A DNA stretch of 64,000 nt from Acidobacteriota bacterium. Lineage in GTDB: Bacteria; Acidobacteriota; UBA6911. Location: contig OY761556.1 of NCBI GenBank assembly GCA_963664705.1, forward strand, positions 1,312,001 to 1,376,000, read 5' to 3'. Shown one piece after another: positions 39,760 through 50,610 of the stretch. Every line of letters begins with the position of its first letter. Within the stretch, counting starts at the first letter, position 1. The notes under the pieces were generated by a model that was not told the origin of the DNA, searched no databases, and saw only the letters and a list, made by a program, of their open reading frames with translations. The position numbers and the translations under genes are program-made.

Positions 39760-41241
39760 ATGCCGGTACGCGAAATCTTTGCATTGATAATTGTGACATT
39801 CTGGGCGCTTGGTTTTACCGCAGTGCCTGCGTATTGCGACAATCTCCAGGCGCAAGAGCAGCAAGTATTTTCAAATGCCGTAAAAATGGCACTTAAAATC
39901 AAACCTTTACCTGCAGATGAGATCATAGACATTTCTTTGCATCTAAGAAAAGACGTATGGAATAAGTCTGAAGCATCGGCCAAAGCATTGTTCAAACACG
40001 CACGCGATACTGCTGCCTGTACAAACTCGGCAGTTCAGTACAGATCTGCCTGCAATGCCGCAAACTATCTCCTGATGTCCCTTGACCGGATCTCGTCCCA
40101 AGAGGCTCAAAAGCTGTTTGAAAGCTGGCCCGCTCCACTGGACTTCGAACAGCAATACAAGGATTTTAGTAATAAATTCGAAGCCGATAAGCAGCGAAAC
40201 CGGCTTTTACAGAACCCGTCGAATTATGTAAACGAATATATTCCACCCGAAAACATGAATACCTGGTCTGCTTTGATAAGCAGGTTTTTCTCCAGACCAG
40301 ATGATGCTCGTAAAGTGTTCGACCGCATGCTCCGCGAATGCGAGGCCCAGTCTGGACGATCATCGTCAACTCCACGAGTTGTCAGCAAGATTATGGATCC
40401 AAATTCCTGGGATGCATCCCTGTTCCGCCACTACATTGATCTTTTAAAGCATGATAGATGGCCATCCCGTTACGAGCTCTCATGTGACGGAAAATCCACC
40501 ATGCTAGATGATTTGGAAGGGGATGCGTTTCAGATACTAATGCGCGTCGCCCAAAGTTACTTTAGCACTGCGACAGAGATGCTCCAGGTGGCTCCCAGCC
40601 TTAAAGAAAAGATGGATCGGGTCGGCGGATTCAACTCGATACTTGATCATGGAGAGTTCCGCGGTGGTCCCCCCTATGTGGGCCGACCGATACTTTACAG
40701 GGGCTATAAGGGTTTGAAAGCAAAAATAGATACATTGTGTGATCAATCCAGGAATGAAGTCCTCCAGACGGTTGCAGCACTAAAATCGGCACGAGATTTT
40801 GATTCCGTATCTTGGGCGGCATCAGCTTCATGTGCGACCGTATCTGAAGTTGCGTCGAATGTAGGGAGGGAAATGGTGCTGAACGAACCCGAGGCAGAAA
40901 CCAGAATTTCCATGGCCTCGCGGCTAGTACCCGGCTATGGCGCCCGGTTGCAACCGGAATGGATCGAGTTTGGCTTCAATGTTCTTCGCGCGACCGACGG
41001 ACGGAGCTCATCGACAAGAAGCGAGTTCGAGAAAAGGTTTGTCGGTCAGGTTGCCTTAATTGATTTCAAACGCGCTATATCTTATATCAATAAAGCAAAG
41101 CAGCCCCTAGACCGCCTTCGAATGCTCATCGCCGTTATGGATGTTCTGGAAAGCGAGTTATGGAGAACTAAGCAGTCAGTGTCCTTCCTCTCTGATAAAT
41201 CGGCTTATGAATCAGTCGTAAAACGGACTCACTTGTCCTGA
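39760..41241 (+). CDS. Secreted helical hypothetical protein
   Basis: ATG after GGAGG; signal peptide; long ORF with no recognisable motif. Confidence 0.7.
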   Translation: MPVREIFALIIVTFWALGFTAVPAYCDNLQAQEQQVFSNAVKMALKIKPLPADEIIDISLHLRKDVWNKSEASAKALFKHARDTAACTNSAVQYRSACNAANYLLMSLDRISSQEAQKLFESWPAPLDFEQQYKDFSNKFEADKQRNRLLQNPSNYVNEYIPPENMNTWSALISRFFSRPDDARKVFDRMLRECEAQSGRSSSTPRVVSKIMDPNSWDASLFRHYIDLLKHDRWPSRYELSCDGKSTMLDDLEGDAFQILMRVAQSYFSTATEMLQVAPSLKEKMDRVGGFNSILDHGEFRGGPPYVGRPILYRGYKGLKAKIDTLCDQSRNEVLQTVAALKSARDFDSVSWAASASCATVSEVASNVGREMVLNEPEAETRISMASRLVPGYGARLQPEWIEFGFNVLRATDGRSSSTRSEFEKRFVGQVALIDFKRAISYINKAKQPLDRLRMLIAVMDVLESELWRTKQSVSFLSDKSAYESVVKRTHLS

Positions 41242-41518
41242 AGTCGCGTCCAAAAAGCCCTGGAACTTTCTGGATCTCATCAAGAATCGACTTATCCGGA
41301 AGACCGTCAATGAAGCCGACAGGATCTGATTCGGCTGCGTTGGAGAGTACCGGATCATCAAAGCTAAAATAGGAATATCCGAGCGGTTCCCCTACAAGCT
41401 TTGCCAGGGTAGTCTTCCCAGTCTGCCGGGGACCGTGAATGAGTACAACCGGAGTGTCCACCAGGGCTTCTTTTAAACGATCGGCAGAGAATCGGGGATA
41501 CAAAGTTAAGGTATTCAT
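41168..41518 (-). pseudogene. Truncated AAA+ ATPase (AAA_14/DUF4143-type N-terminus)
   Basis: GPRQTGKTT and LDEIQK, then an abrupt loss of homology. Confidence 0.75.
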
Positions 41519-41545
41519 CTCGGCTGATCGCGTAACTCTATTGCC

Positions 41546-41606
41546 CGGCTAATTGCAAGGTTTATGCTCGGCTAATTGAAAGGTTATCCTTCGGCCAATT
41601 GAAACC
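41546..41606. repeat. Three direct repeats with 23-bp period upstream of the ATPase
   Basis: CGGCYAATTGMAA at 41546, 41569, 41592. Confidence 0.7.
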
Positions 41607-42194
41607 TTTTTACTTGGGGTCTTATGTCCTGTCATCGGAATAGCTACTTCGTCGTTGATTCCGGATCTTGATCGATTCCTGACGGCCGGCCTCCTGAAAT
41701 CGCGGGCCCGCGTTCGTTTTGGTCCGGCAGTGAAAGAACACCCAAGGGCAAATCACGCCCTGTTATTTCAAAAGATCAATCTTGCTTTGCGGCCCGAAAG
41801 TATCGCATTTAGGTCCGTTGTGATGTTATCGTAACGGTGTCCAAACCATGGCCCAGCTTTATCACTGGGGGTGGATAACTCGTGCAGAAAAGGCCGGTCA
41901 ATACGCCCGCCTCTTTGGACAGTCGAACCAGTTTCGAATGCAATGCAGAATTTGATCAGAACAACAGACTTCCGGTTGTGCATGATGTACAGGTGCGTTT
42001 CGGATTCAGAGTTTCTTGGAATGCTCTTGTACCGCCTATTGTTGGGTAACGCGGCAGCGCTGGCTTTATTCAGTGCAATCGGCGTCATCGGTATATCCAG
42101 CGGTTCAAGCATTGAGTTCATGCTGAGCCTGGTTGCCATTTTCAAAACCTCGGCGCAGGTTTTTCGCCGGGTCCGCCCGGAAAGGATTTGAGAA

Positions 42195-43040
42195 ATGAAG
42201 AAATCGTTTTGGAATCTGCTTGCTCTCCTGTGCGCCTTCGGATGCATTTTCATCGCCACCTCGACTTTCGCCCAGGATTGCGAAGGTTGCAAGGATCCGG
42301 CGCTGTTCAGCCGCATGCCCGGTTTTCATATTTACAATTCGACCAATCTTGAATTTGATCGCATCGAGTTCTGGGTGAGTGCCGGCAAAAAGCAAGCCGT
42401 GGAGGGGCGATATTTTTACTATGATTATTATGCGAATGAAGGGATTAAGCAGCCAAGCGGATTGCAGGTCGCTCGAAATTACACGAATGCCGTCAAAGCT
42501 ATTGGCGGGACGGTAGTCTACGAGTACGAGGATGGTGGCACGCAGTGCGCGGTAATGAAAGTCGTCAAGGACGGGAAGGAAGTCTGGTCGAATGTCGAAG
42601 CAGCAGGCAATGGGATGTACAAGCTGTACATCGTCGAAAAGCAGGCTATGGATCAGGCCGTGGTGGCGGATGCTAAATCTCTTGCGGGGAGTATCAACAC
42701 GACAGGGAAGGCGGCTGTTTACGGCATTTACTTCGATACCAACAAGGCGCTCATTAAGCCCGAATCGGAACCCGCGATTGCGCAAATCGCAAAAATGCTC
42801 CAGGCCGATTCTGCTCTTAAGATCTTTGTAGTTGGCCATACAGATAACGTCGGGGCGTTTGATTACAATGTCAAACTGGCCCAGGATCGTGCCGCGAGTG
42901 TCATTGCAGCCTTGACGAAGATGGGAATCGCGGCTGCGAGAATGACTCCTTTTGGCGCAGGTCCCACTTCTCCCGTTGCTTCCAACAAAGCGGAAGAAGG
43001 ACGCGCCAAGAACCGCCGTGTGGAACTCGTGGCACAGTAA
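42195..43040 (+). CDS. OmpA-family peptidoglycan-binding protein
   Basis: Signal peptide; GIYFDT, GHTDNVG, NRRVELV. Confidence 0.9.
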   Translation: MKKSFWNLLALLCAFGCIFIATSTFAQDCEGCKDPALFSRMPGFHIYNSTNLEFDRIEFWVSAGKKQAVEGRYFYYDYYANEGIKQPSGLQVARNYTNAVKAIGGTVVYEYEDGGTQCAVMKVVKDGKEVWSNVEAAGNGMYKLYIVEKQAMDQAVVADAKSLAGSINTTGKAAVYGIYFDTNKALIKPESEPAIAQIAKMLQADSALKIFVVGHTDNVGAFDYNVKLAQDRAASVIAALTKMGIAAARMTPFGAGPTSPVASNKAEEGRAKNRRVELVAQ

Positions 43041-43538
43041 CAGTCATTAGTTTCAGTTTTCGTTATATTCAAAGTCTTTGTTCCTACTGGCTCGATGGGT
43101 CTGGTTGCACAGGTACTTCCGTTCGCCAACCCCCTAAGCTTACAGACGTGGAAGTACTGGTAGGGTCAATGAACAATGTGCATATCCCATGCATTGTTAT
43201 TGTGCGCAGGAAACTTGATCCAGGTCTTGGTTTCTATCCGTAAGAATTACAGACAGGTGTCGGCTGGAGAATGCATCGGACGCCGGCGGATGTAAGACAT
43301 GCGCATCGACATCGTTTCCAGCATCTTTCAAACCAGGTAACAAATATTGCCAGGTAATGGTCAACCTGGTAATAAATAATACCGGGATGCTCAAGGGCGG
43401 CAAGTAAAAATACAATCCATTTCGCAGTTGGCTGCCTTTGTGTCGGTGCCTTTTATCGTCTATATTGTTTCTCCCGCAGCCTAAGGAATTGTTCATTGCA
43501 ATGGGGTTGCTCCCAACGCAAAAACCGTGGAGACAAAT

Positions 43539-44360
43539 ATGCTCGTTCCCGTGAAAGGTGCCGACCTTTACTGTTCCATGCGTGGCAAAGGGCCCGTATG
43601 TTTGGTATTAAGCAATATCGGTACGCCCCCCTACGAATTTCAGATGCCTGCCTCTTTGTGTGATCACCTTACGCTCGTGTTCGTTGCTTTGCGGGGAAGT
43701 GGAGAGTCCACCGGCGAATTTTCGGACCTCACTTTCGACGTTCTCGCCAGCGATCTGGAGGCCATTCGAAAGCATATCGGAGCGGACCGGGTCTCAGTCC
43801 TGGGCCATTCAATCCTCGGGGTGCTGGCGATCGAATATGGCAGACGTTGTCCGGCGGAGGTTTCGCACGTGATAACGGTAGGGACACCGCCCAAGGCGGA
43901 TATGAGCTGGTTGTCGGCACAATCATGGGCCTATTTCCAAGAGCATGCGCCTGAAGAGCGAAAAAAATTGCTTAGCGAGAATATGTCAAAACTCAGCCCG
44001 GACACGGAGATGTCTCGAGCGATCCTGGCCCAGACGCCCATGCGTTTTTTCAATGCGCAATTTGATGCCTGGCCAACTTTGGCGAATGCCATTGTAAGGC
44101 CCCAGATCTTTCCACATCTGCTAGGGCCTCTCACTGCAGGCTGGGATGTAACGGTCGATTCGGACTCGTTGCGCGCGCCGATATTCATTGGCCAGGGCTT
44201 GCACGATTACGTATCCCCCCACATCCTGTGGGATGGCGTTGTACCATCCCTGCCAACCGCCACGCTGCAGGTTTTTGAACGCAGCGGACATCAGCCGTTC
44301 TTTGAGGAACCGGACTGCTTTACCGAATCGGTTCTGGCCTGGATGAACCGGCATCCATAA
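43539..44360 (+). CDS. Alpha/beta hydrolase (proline iminopeptidase-like)
   Basis: GHSILG nucleophile elbow, HD, SGHQPFFEEP. Confidence 0.85.
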   Translation: MLVPVKGADLYCSMRGKGPVCLVLSNIGTPPYEFQMPASLCDHLTLVFVALRGSGESTGEFSDLTFDVLASDLEAIRKHIGADRVSVLGHSILGVLAIEYGRRCPAEVSHVITVGTPPKADMSWLSAQSWAYFQEHAPEERKKLLSENMSKLSPDTEMSRAILAQTPMRFFNAQFDAWPTLANAIVRPQIFPHLLGPLTAGWDVTVDSDSLRAPIFIGQGLHDYVSPHILWDGVVPSLPTATLQVFERSGHQPFFEEPDCFTESVLAWMNRHP

Positions 44361-44403
44361 TTCCAAAATATACGGTGTCTTTCCTGATCTTTCTATGTGG
44401 CAA

Positions 44404-44778
44404 TCACAATGGGGAGGAGTCGCGAATTACGGGGAGGTTGTTGGTTATCGGAATCCATTTGATTGCAAGAAACAGATTTCCCTCGAGACCCTTATATCCA
44501 TTTTTTGCCAATTCTCCCGATTGATACAGTTCCAGAATGCGGTTATCCGTTTCATTGGCCGGCTGAGGGGCTATTTTGGCGGTCTGGGCCAGGCGGCCAA
44601 CGAGATCGATGATTCCATGCTCCAGGGAACTCTGATCGGAATGTTCTCGCTTTTCACCTGGAAGCTGCAAATTCCTAAGCGCCTCCTGTATCATTCCTGA
44701 GATGGAGACCCCTTGGGGCGAGGCCAATAGCATGGCATTGATGAGTTCACTCAGGTCCTGAAGATTTGCCAATCCCAT
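44404..44778 (-). CDS. Hypothetical protein
   Basis: ORF with GAGGA RBS; no motif. Confidence 0.45.
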   Translation of the reverse strand: MGLANLQDLSELINAMLLASPQGVSISGMIQEALRNLQLPGEKREHSDQSSLEHGIIDLVGRLAQTAKIAPQPANETDNRILELYQSGELAKNGYKGLEGNLFLAIKWIPITNNLPVIRDSSPL

Positions 44779-44909
44779 AAAAATCCTCATTATTGGAAGC
44801 GGGATCCTTCCGGATCGCCTCCCCGCGAGGGAAGCGCGGCATTCGTGAAATTCGTGGCAGATTTGCAGCTTCGCTTCCGCCACGAATTCCTTAAATCCAG
44901 CGCTCCCGC

Positions 44910-47900
44910 CTACTCCCCGAAATCGGCCGGCGTGCCGCTCTCATCATAGAAGCCGATCGATGCGTTCGCCGGCGCCCCGGCGCTGAGAAGAATAATCTCC
45001 GTCGTATACCCGCCGCCGGAAGCAATCTGCGGAAACACCACCGGCTCCGGTGCCGGTCTGTTAACATCGGCGACCGGGAAGGTCGTCATCAACGGATCGC
45101 TCCGCTCATTCTTCAAAGAGCGCACCGTCAGCGCAACAAACTGCGCCGTCGAACTGACATCCAGAATCCCGGTAAACCCGGCCGGCAACCCGGCCACGAA
45201 TTCATCGGCAAACGCGGCAATGTGGCCATTGGCCGGCAGCGGCTCCAGCGGCTTGCCCGTTCCAACCGGCGTCGTTCCATCTTCGCCATAGGCGCTGATC
45301 GCAACGGTGGCCGTTCCCCCGGATACATTTACCAGTGCCAGCCCCGTGTTGTGATTGTCCGAAAGATCGACGTACACGCGAGCATGGGTCGTCGCGGAGG
45401 CAACCGGCACGCCCGATTCCGAAACCAAAATCCCCTCGGTGTTGTATCCGAACACGCCCGAACTGACCGGGGCCGCGTTCATAAAGTTCGGAGTCAACTG
45501 AACCCATCCCACCTTCGTGGCCGCCGGAGATCCATCGGTCTGGAACCGGAATACTCCGTTGGCAGGAATTGCATAGGCAAACGAGGAATCGGACGCGCCC
45601 CCCGCCTGGCTGACCACCAGCGGCTGTCCTTTATTATCCCAGATCCGCAGTGTCCCCCGCTCTATTCCTCCCGTCGTATTGATCAGGAGCAGAGAGGTGG
45701 TATACCCGCCCCCATCCGCCAGCTGCGGGAAATATACCGGCCCGTTTTCAGGATTGCCGGTCAGATCCGCGACCGACGTGGTTGTAATCAGGAATTCATT
45801 CCGCTGATTCATGGTGCCGCGCACGGCTAGAACAGACAGCGGTTCCGTGCTCGTAATATCGAGCGACCCGAACTGGATCGAGGTCCTGAAATTCGCAGGC
45901 AGGCCGAAATCGGGAACCCCTTTGTCCTTGAGCTGGTCCACGAAACACGCGAGATGCCGGCCGGGATCAATGGTTCCATGCCCCGTCGTGAGCGTGGCGC
46001 CGGCCGCATCGCGCAGGGTATAGGTGACGACAGCGGCGGCCGTTCCCTGGTTGACCAGGGCGATGCCCGTGTTTATGTCGACCGTCCCGGATTCACTGTG
46101 GGCCGGCACCGGCGGAACCCCGGTACGATAGTCGATAAATACCCGCGCATTGGTTGTGGGCGGCGATGCCGGAACCCCAACCTCGCTGACCGTGATGCCG
46201 TCCTTCTTGTAGCTGAACACCGCGGTGCCGTAGGGCGTCGTGCCGCTGTTGACGCTCAGACTGACATACCCGACCTTGAGATCGTCGCCCGCGCCGTTGA
46301 CCTTTTGCGTTACCGCGCCGCCCGATGTCAAATCCAGGCTATGGCTGCCAAGCGTCGCAAACTCCGCTACCACTGCTCGAGGTTTGGACATGATCAGTTC
46401 CTGCGGATTTGCGGTCCCGGTCAGATCACCACTCCAGCCGCTGAAGGAATGCCCTGGGCTGGCGGTGGCCAGTACCCGTACCGGCGTCCCAACATCATAG
46501 AAGCCGTCCGCTGCCGCCGGATTCATTGTAATGGTTCCTCCAGCGGCCGGCGACTGGCTTGTGCCCAGGCGATACTGCGTCCCAAAGGCAGCGGTATAGG
46601 TTGTGGCGCTCGACGGCGCCGTGATGATGTGAGATTCCGCGCCTCCATCGCTCCATCCGCCAAACACATAGCGCGTGTCCCCATCCACCTGGCGCGTGGC
46701 GGTCGAAATCCCATGAACGCTGCCGGCCACCCACGTAAAAATCTGCGTCGAGGAGTAGGCCACTCCATCCACCGTGAAATTGCGCCCGGCGGGGTCGGTC
46801 ATGATCGTAATCCCTGTCGCCGCGGAAAAATTTGCCGTCACGCTCCTCGCCGCAATAATGCCCACGGAAACCGGGTTGATGGACCCGCTCACATCTCCGC
46901 TCCAGCCCCAGAAGATATAGCCCGAGTTGGCTATCGCGGACAGCTGCACCGTCGTGCCGCTGTCGTAAAATCCATCGAGAGAGGAGGGCGTGACCGTGAT
47001 ACCTCCCGCCGTGCCGGGTGAAGCGATCGCGGTCAACTGGTACTGCGTCTTGAAAGAGGCCGTATAGGAAGTTGCACTTCCCGGCGTGGTAATCGAGTGG
47101 CTGGCGGCGCCGCTGTCACTCCAACCCGTAAAAACCTGCCGCGCGCCCCCTTGAGCCTGCGGGGTGGAGACGGCAATCGTGTGTGAACTTCCCACCGCCC
47201 AGGAAAAAGTTTGTGGAGCCGTGTAGGTCGTGCCGTCTGCCGTGAAATGAAGGCCGGCGGGATTGGTGGTGAGGGTGATCGAGGATACCGCCTGGATTGT
47301 GTAGGTCTGGCTCACCGTCACCGCCCGGTAGGCATACCGGAGCGGATACGAATACGGCACCAGGCCGCTCGCCGGAGGACCAAGAGATACCGCGATCGTC
47401 CCGGTCGGCGGACTCAGGGGAATGTTCAGTTGCGTGCTGGTGAATGGCAACGTGACATCTATGTGATCCAGCACCGCGGGGTTCTGCCCATTGATGTTGA
47501 TGACAATGGTTCCCGCCGCGATATTGGTCGATGCATCCAGGCTTGCCGTGACGCCGGTCGAAGGACCCAGGACGATCGATTGCCCCGGGTCGAGCTTCAG
47601 CCCGGTCGGAATGCCATCGACATGCATAATCAGTTGAGTCGGAAACCCGGCGTTGGTCGCGAAGGCATAGGCAAATGCTTCGTCAATCCGTATCGTGGTT
47701 GTGGCGGTAGCCGCAGCCCCATCCTGGTGAAAGACAATCGCACCTCCCGGCGTGACGACCAGCGGCTCCGTTGCCACCGCCACAGGAGTTGTGTTTGCCA
47801 CGATGGTCCCTACTCCCGTGCTGCAGGTTGTTGTTTGGCTGACCACTTGGCCAATTGCGGGGCTGAGCGCTGCCATGTTGAGCCGCACTCCCGTTACGCG

Positions 47901-48305
47901 GATAAATTGCGTGGACGGGATCGTGACTAAAGGCGCTCCGGAAAAAGCGAGGGCAAACGAACTGGTTACGAGATTCAGTCCGACCGACACATTTCCCGCA
48001 CCGCAGGATTTGGGTGTTCCGAAATCGGCACTGGTGATCGGGTTGCCGCTATTGCAGCCCATGACGTAGACCCCGATGTCGGCTACGGCGGAAATAGGAG
48101 CCGCATAGGTAAAGGTAATGGATTCGCCCGGTGGAATAGTTCCGGTGATCACGGGGACCAGGTCGACTTCTCCCGCCAGCCCCATTTGGGCATTTGGAGC
48201 CATTGGCACTACGACGAAAGCCGTGATCATGCTTGTCTGGCCAAAGCCGGCGGAGGCGATAGCCAAGATCAGGAATAATGCTGAAGGAAGCATTTGAATT
48301 TTCAC
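44910..48305 (-). CDS. Large secreted protein with InlB-B-like repeats and C-terminal FPQ(L/I)AxGG beta modules
   Basis: Signal peptide; GYxFxGWSGD repeats; C-terminal ~600 aa strongly similar to 48625-50610. Confidence 0.85.
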   Translation of the reverse strand: MKIQMLPSALFLILAIASAGFGQTSMITAFVVVPMAPNAQMGLAGEVDLVPVITGTIPPGESITFTYAAPISAVADIGVYVMGCNSGNPITSADFGTPKSCGAGNVSVGLNLVTSSFALAFSGAPLVTIPSTQFIRVTGVRLNMAALSPAIGQVVSQTTTCSTGVGTIVANTTPVAVATEPLVVTPGGAIVFHQDGAAATATTTIRIDEAFAYAFATNAGFPTQLIMHVDGIPTGLKLDPGQSIVLGPSTGVTASLDASTNIAAGTIVININGQNPAVLDHIDVTLPFTSTQLNIPLSPPTGTIAVSLGPPASGLVPYSYPLRYAYRAVTVSQTYTIQAVSSITLTTNPAGLHFTADGTTYTAPQTFSWAVGSSHTIAVSTPQAQGGARQVFTGWSDSGAASHSITTPGSATSYTASFKTQYQLTAIASPGTAGGITVTPSSLDGFYDSGTTVQLSAIANSGYIFWGWSGDVSGSINPVSVGIIAARSVTANFSAATGITIMTDPAGRNFTVDGVAYSSTQIFTWVAGSVHGISTATRQVDGDTRYVFGGWSDGGAESHIITAPSSATTYTAAFGTQYRLGTSQSPAAGGTITMNPAAADGFYDVGTPVRVLATASPGHSFSGWSGDLTGTANPQELIMSKPRAVVAEFATLGSHSLDLTSGGAVTQKVNGAGDDLKVGYVSLSVNSGTTPYGTAVFSYKKDGITVSEVGVPASPPTTNARVFIDYRTGVPPVPAHSESGTVDINTGIALVNQGTAAAVVTYTLRDAAGATLTTGHGTIDPGRHLACFVDQLKDKGVPDFGLPANFRTSIQFGSLDITSTEPLSVLAVRGTMNQRNEFLITTTSVADLTGNPENGPVYFPQLADGGGYTTSLLLINTTGGIERGTLRIWDNKGQPLVVSQAGGASDSSFAYAIPANGVFRFQTDGSPAATKVGWVQLTPNFMNAAPVSSGVFGYNTEGILVSESGVPVASATTHARVYVDLSDNHNTGLALVNVSGGTATVAISAYGEDGTTPVGTGKPLEPLPANGHIAAFADEFVAGLPAGFTGILDVSSTAQFVALTVRSLKNERSDPLMTTFPVADVNRPAPEPVVFPQIASGGGYTTEIILLSAGAPANASIGFYDESGTPADFGE

Positions 48306-48394
48306 GGTAAATTCTCCTCTAAGCACTATCTCTTGATACGATTTACGCCCGAAATCAATGTCAAATAATCCCAGGAATTAATAGAAATGTGGGA

Positions 48395-48620
48395 AATGTG
48401 GACACCCACGATCCGAGGTTTGTTGCCAAATCGGCGGGCGCCCGGATTCGCCCCTCCAGTTTTCCAGTGGCGCTAAGTCGGTGGGTGTCCAGAATTACAG
48501 TGGGTGTCCACATTTCTGGTCCACATTTCTGGGAGGGAAGCGCGGCATTCGTGAAATTCGTGGAATTCGTGGCAGATTTGCAGCTTCGCTTCTGCCACAA
48601 ATTCCCTAAATCCAACGCTT
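48395..48620. repeat. REP-like GTGGGTGTCC cluster plus ATTCGTGRA 9-mer run
   Basis: GGACACCCAC at ~48400, GTGGGTGTCC at ~48481 and ~48500; ~48531-48625 resembles ~44826-44910. Confidence 0.75.
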
Positions 48621-48624
48621 CCGC

Positions 48625-50610
48625 CTACTCCCCGAAATCGGTCGGCGTGCCGTTCTCGTCATAGAAGCGGATGGTTGCGTTCGCCGCCGCCCCGGCACTG
48701 AGGAGAATAATCTCGGTCGTATACCCGCTGCCGGAAGCAATCTGCGGAAATATCACCGGCTCCGGTGCCGGCCTGTTCGCATCGGCGACCGGGAAGGTCG
48801 TCATCAACGGATCGTTCCGCTCATTTTTCAAAGAGCGCACCGTCAGCGCAACAAAATGCGCCGCCGAACTGACATCCAGTATTCCGGTAAACCCGGCCGG
48901 CAACCCGGCCACGAATTCATCGGCAAACGCGGCAATGTGGCCATTGACCGGCATCGGCTCCAGCGGCTTGCTCGTTCCAACCGGAGTCGTCCCGTTTTTG
49001 CCGTAAGCGCGGACCGTAATCGATGCTGTCGTTCCGGACACATTCACCAAAGCCAACCCGGTATTGTGATTGTCCGAAAGATCCACATATATGCGGGCGT
49101 GCGTCGTCGCCGCGGCAACAGGAACGCCCGATTCCGAAACCAGGACGCCTTCGGTGTTGTATCCGAACACGCCTGAACTGACCGGGGTCGCGTTCACAAA
49201 ATCAGGCGTCAACTGGACCCATCCCACTTTCGTGGTTGCCGGAGATCCATCGGTCTGGAACCGGAATACGCCGTTGGCAGGAATTGCATAGGCAAACGAG
49301 GAATCGGTGGCGCCCCCCGCCTGGCTGACCACCAGCGGCTGTCCTTTATTATCCCAGATCCGCAGGGTCCCCCGCTCTATTCCTCCCGTAGTATTGATCA
49401 GGAGCAGAGAGGTGGTATACCCGCCTCCATCTGCCAGCTGCGGGAAATATACCGGTCCGGTTTCAGGATTGCCGGTCAGATCCGCAACCGGCGTGGTGGT
49501 AATCAGGAATTCATTCCTCTGATTCATGGTGCCGCGCACGGCCAGAACCGACAGCGGTTCCGTGCTCGTGATATCGAGCGACCCAAACTGGATCGCCGTC
49601 TTGAAATTCGAAGGGAGCACAAAATCGGTCGCACTCTTCTCCTTGAGCTGGTCGATGAAACACGCGAGATGCTTGCCGGGATCGAGGGCCCCGTGGCCGA
49701 TCGCAAGCGTGCTGCCGGACGCATCGCGCAGCGTGTACGTGACTATGGCTGCAGACACTCCCGGATTGACCAGGGCAATTCCCGTGTTTATGTCGACCGT
49801 TCCGAATTCGCCGTGGGCCGGCACCGCTGCAACACCCGTGCGATAGTCGATGAAAATACGCGCCCCGGTCGTGGGCGGGGATGCCGGCACTCCCACCTCA
49901 CTGACGGTAATGCCATCCTTTTTATAGCTGAACACCGCGGTGCCATAAGGCGCAGGGCCGCTGTTGACGCTCAGGTTTACATATCCGACCTTGAGATCGT
50001 CCCCCGCGTTGTCTGTCTTTTGCGTGGCCACACCGCTTGATGGCAGAACCAGATTATGGCTGCCGAGAGTCGCAAATTCCGCGGTTACTGCCCGTGGCTG
50101 CGACATGATCAGTTCCTGCGGATTCTCTATCCCCGTCAGAGCGCCGCTCCAGCCGCTGAAAGAATGCCCCGGGTTGGCCGTGGCCAGTACCTGTACGGGC
50201 GTCCCAACATCATAGAAGCCGTCCGCTGCCGCCGGATTCATTGTAATGGTCCCTCCCGTGGTCGGAGACTGGCTCCTGCTCAGGTGGTACTGGGTCCCAT
50301 AGTTGGCCGTATAGGTTGTCTCACTGGCGGGAGCCCCGATGATGTGCGAACCAAAGCCCGCATCGCTCCAATTGGCAAACACATAACGCGTTTCTCCATC
50401 CTCCTGAATCGCGGCGGCCGAGATCCCATGGATGCTGCCGACAACCCAGCTAAAGGTATGCGGCGCAGTGTAGGTGGTTCCATCGGCGGTGATGTGAAGG
50501 CCGGCGGGATTGGTGCTGATGGTGATCGATACCATATCCGCCTGGCCAAAGCCGACGGAGGCGATAACCAACATTAGGATGAATGCGGTCAAAAGTGTTT
50601 GAACTTTCAT
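48625..50610 (-). CDS. Secreted protein, shorter paralogue of 44910-48305
   Basis: Similar signal peptide and near-identical C-terminal region. Confidence 0.85.
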   Translation of the reverse strand: MKVQTLLTAFILMLVIASVGFGQADMVSITISTNPAGLHITADGTTYTAPHTFSWVVGSIHGISAAAIQEDGETRYVFANWSDAGFGSHIIGAPASETTYTANYGTQYHLSRSQSPTTGGTITMNPAAADGFYDVGTPVQVLATANPGHSFSGWSGALTGIENPQELIMSQPRAVTAEFATLGSHNLVLPSSGVATQKTDNAGDDLKVGYVNLSVNSGPAPYGTAVFSYKKDGITVSEVGVPASPPTTGARIFIDYRTGVAAVPAHGEFGTVDINTGIALVNPGVSAAIVTYTLRDASGSTLAIGHGALDPGKHLACFIDQLKEKSATDFVLPSNFKTAIQFGSLDITSTEPLSVLAVRGTMNQRNEFLITTTPVADLTGNPETGPVYFPQLADGGGYTTSLLLINTTGGIERGTLRIWDNKGQPLVVSQAGGATDSSFAYAIPANGVFRFQTDGSPATTKVGWVQLTPDFVNATPVSSGVFGYNTEGVLVSESGVPVAAATTHARIYVDLSDNHNTGLALVNVSGTTASITVRAYGKNGTTPVGTSKPLEPMPVNGHIAAFADEFVAGLPAGFTGILDVSSAAHFVALTVRSLKNERNDPLMTTFPVADANRPAPEPVIFPQIASGSGYTTEIILLSAGAAANATIRFYDENGTPTDFGE

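Noticed and set aside
44910-50610. DGR template/variable repeat pair
   Set aside because: Differences between the paralogues are not adenine-specific, both copies are full genes and no RT is present in the window.
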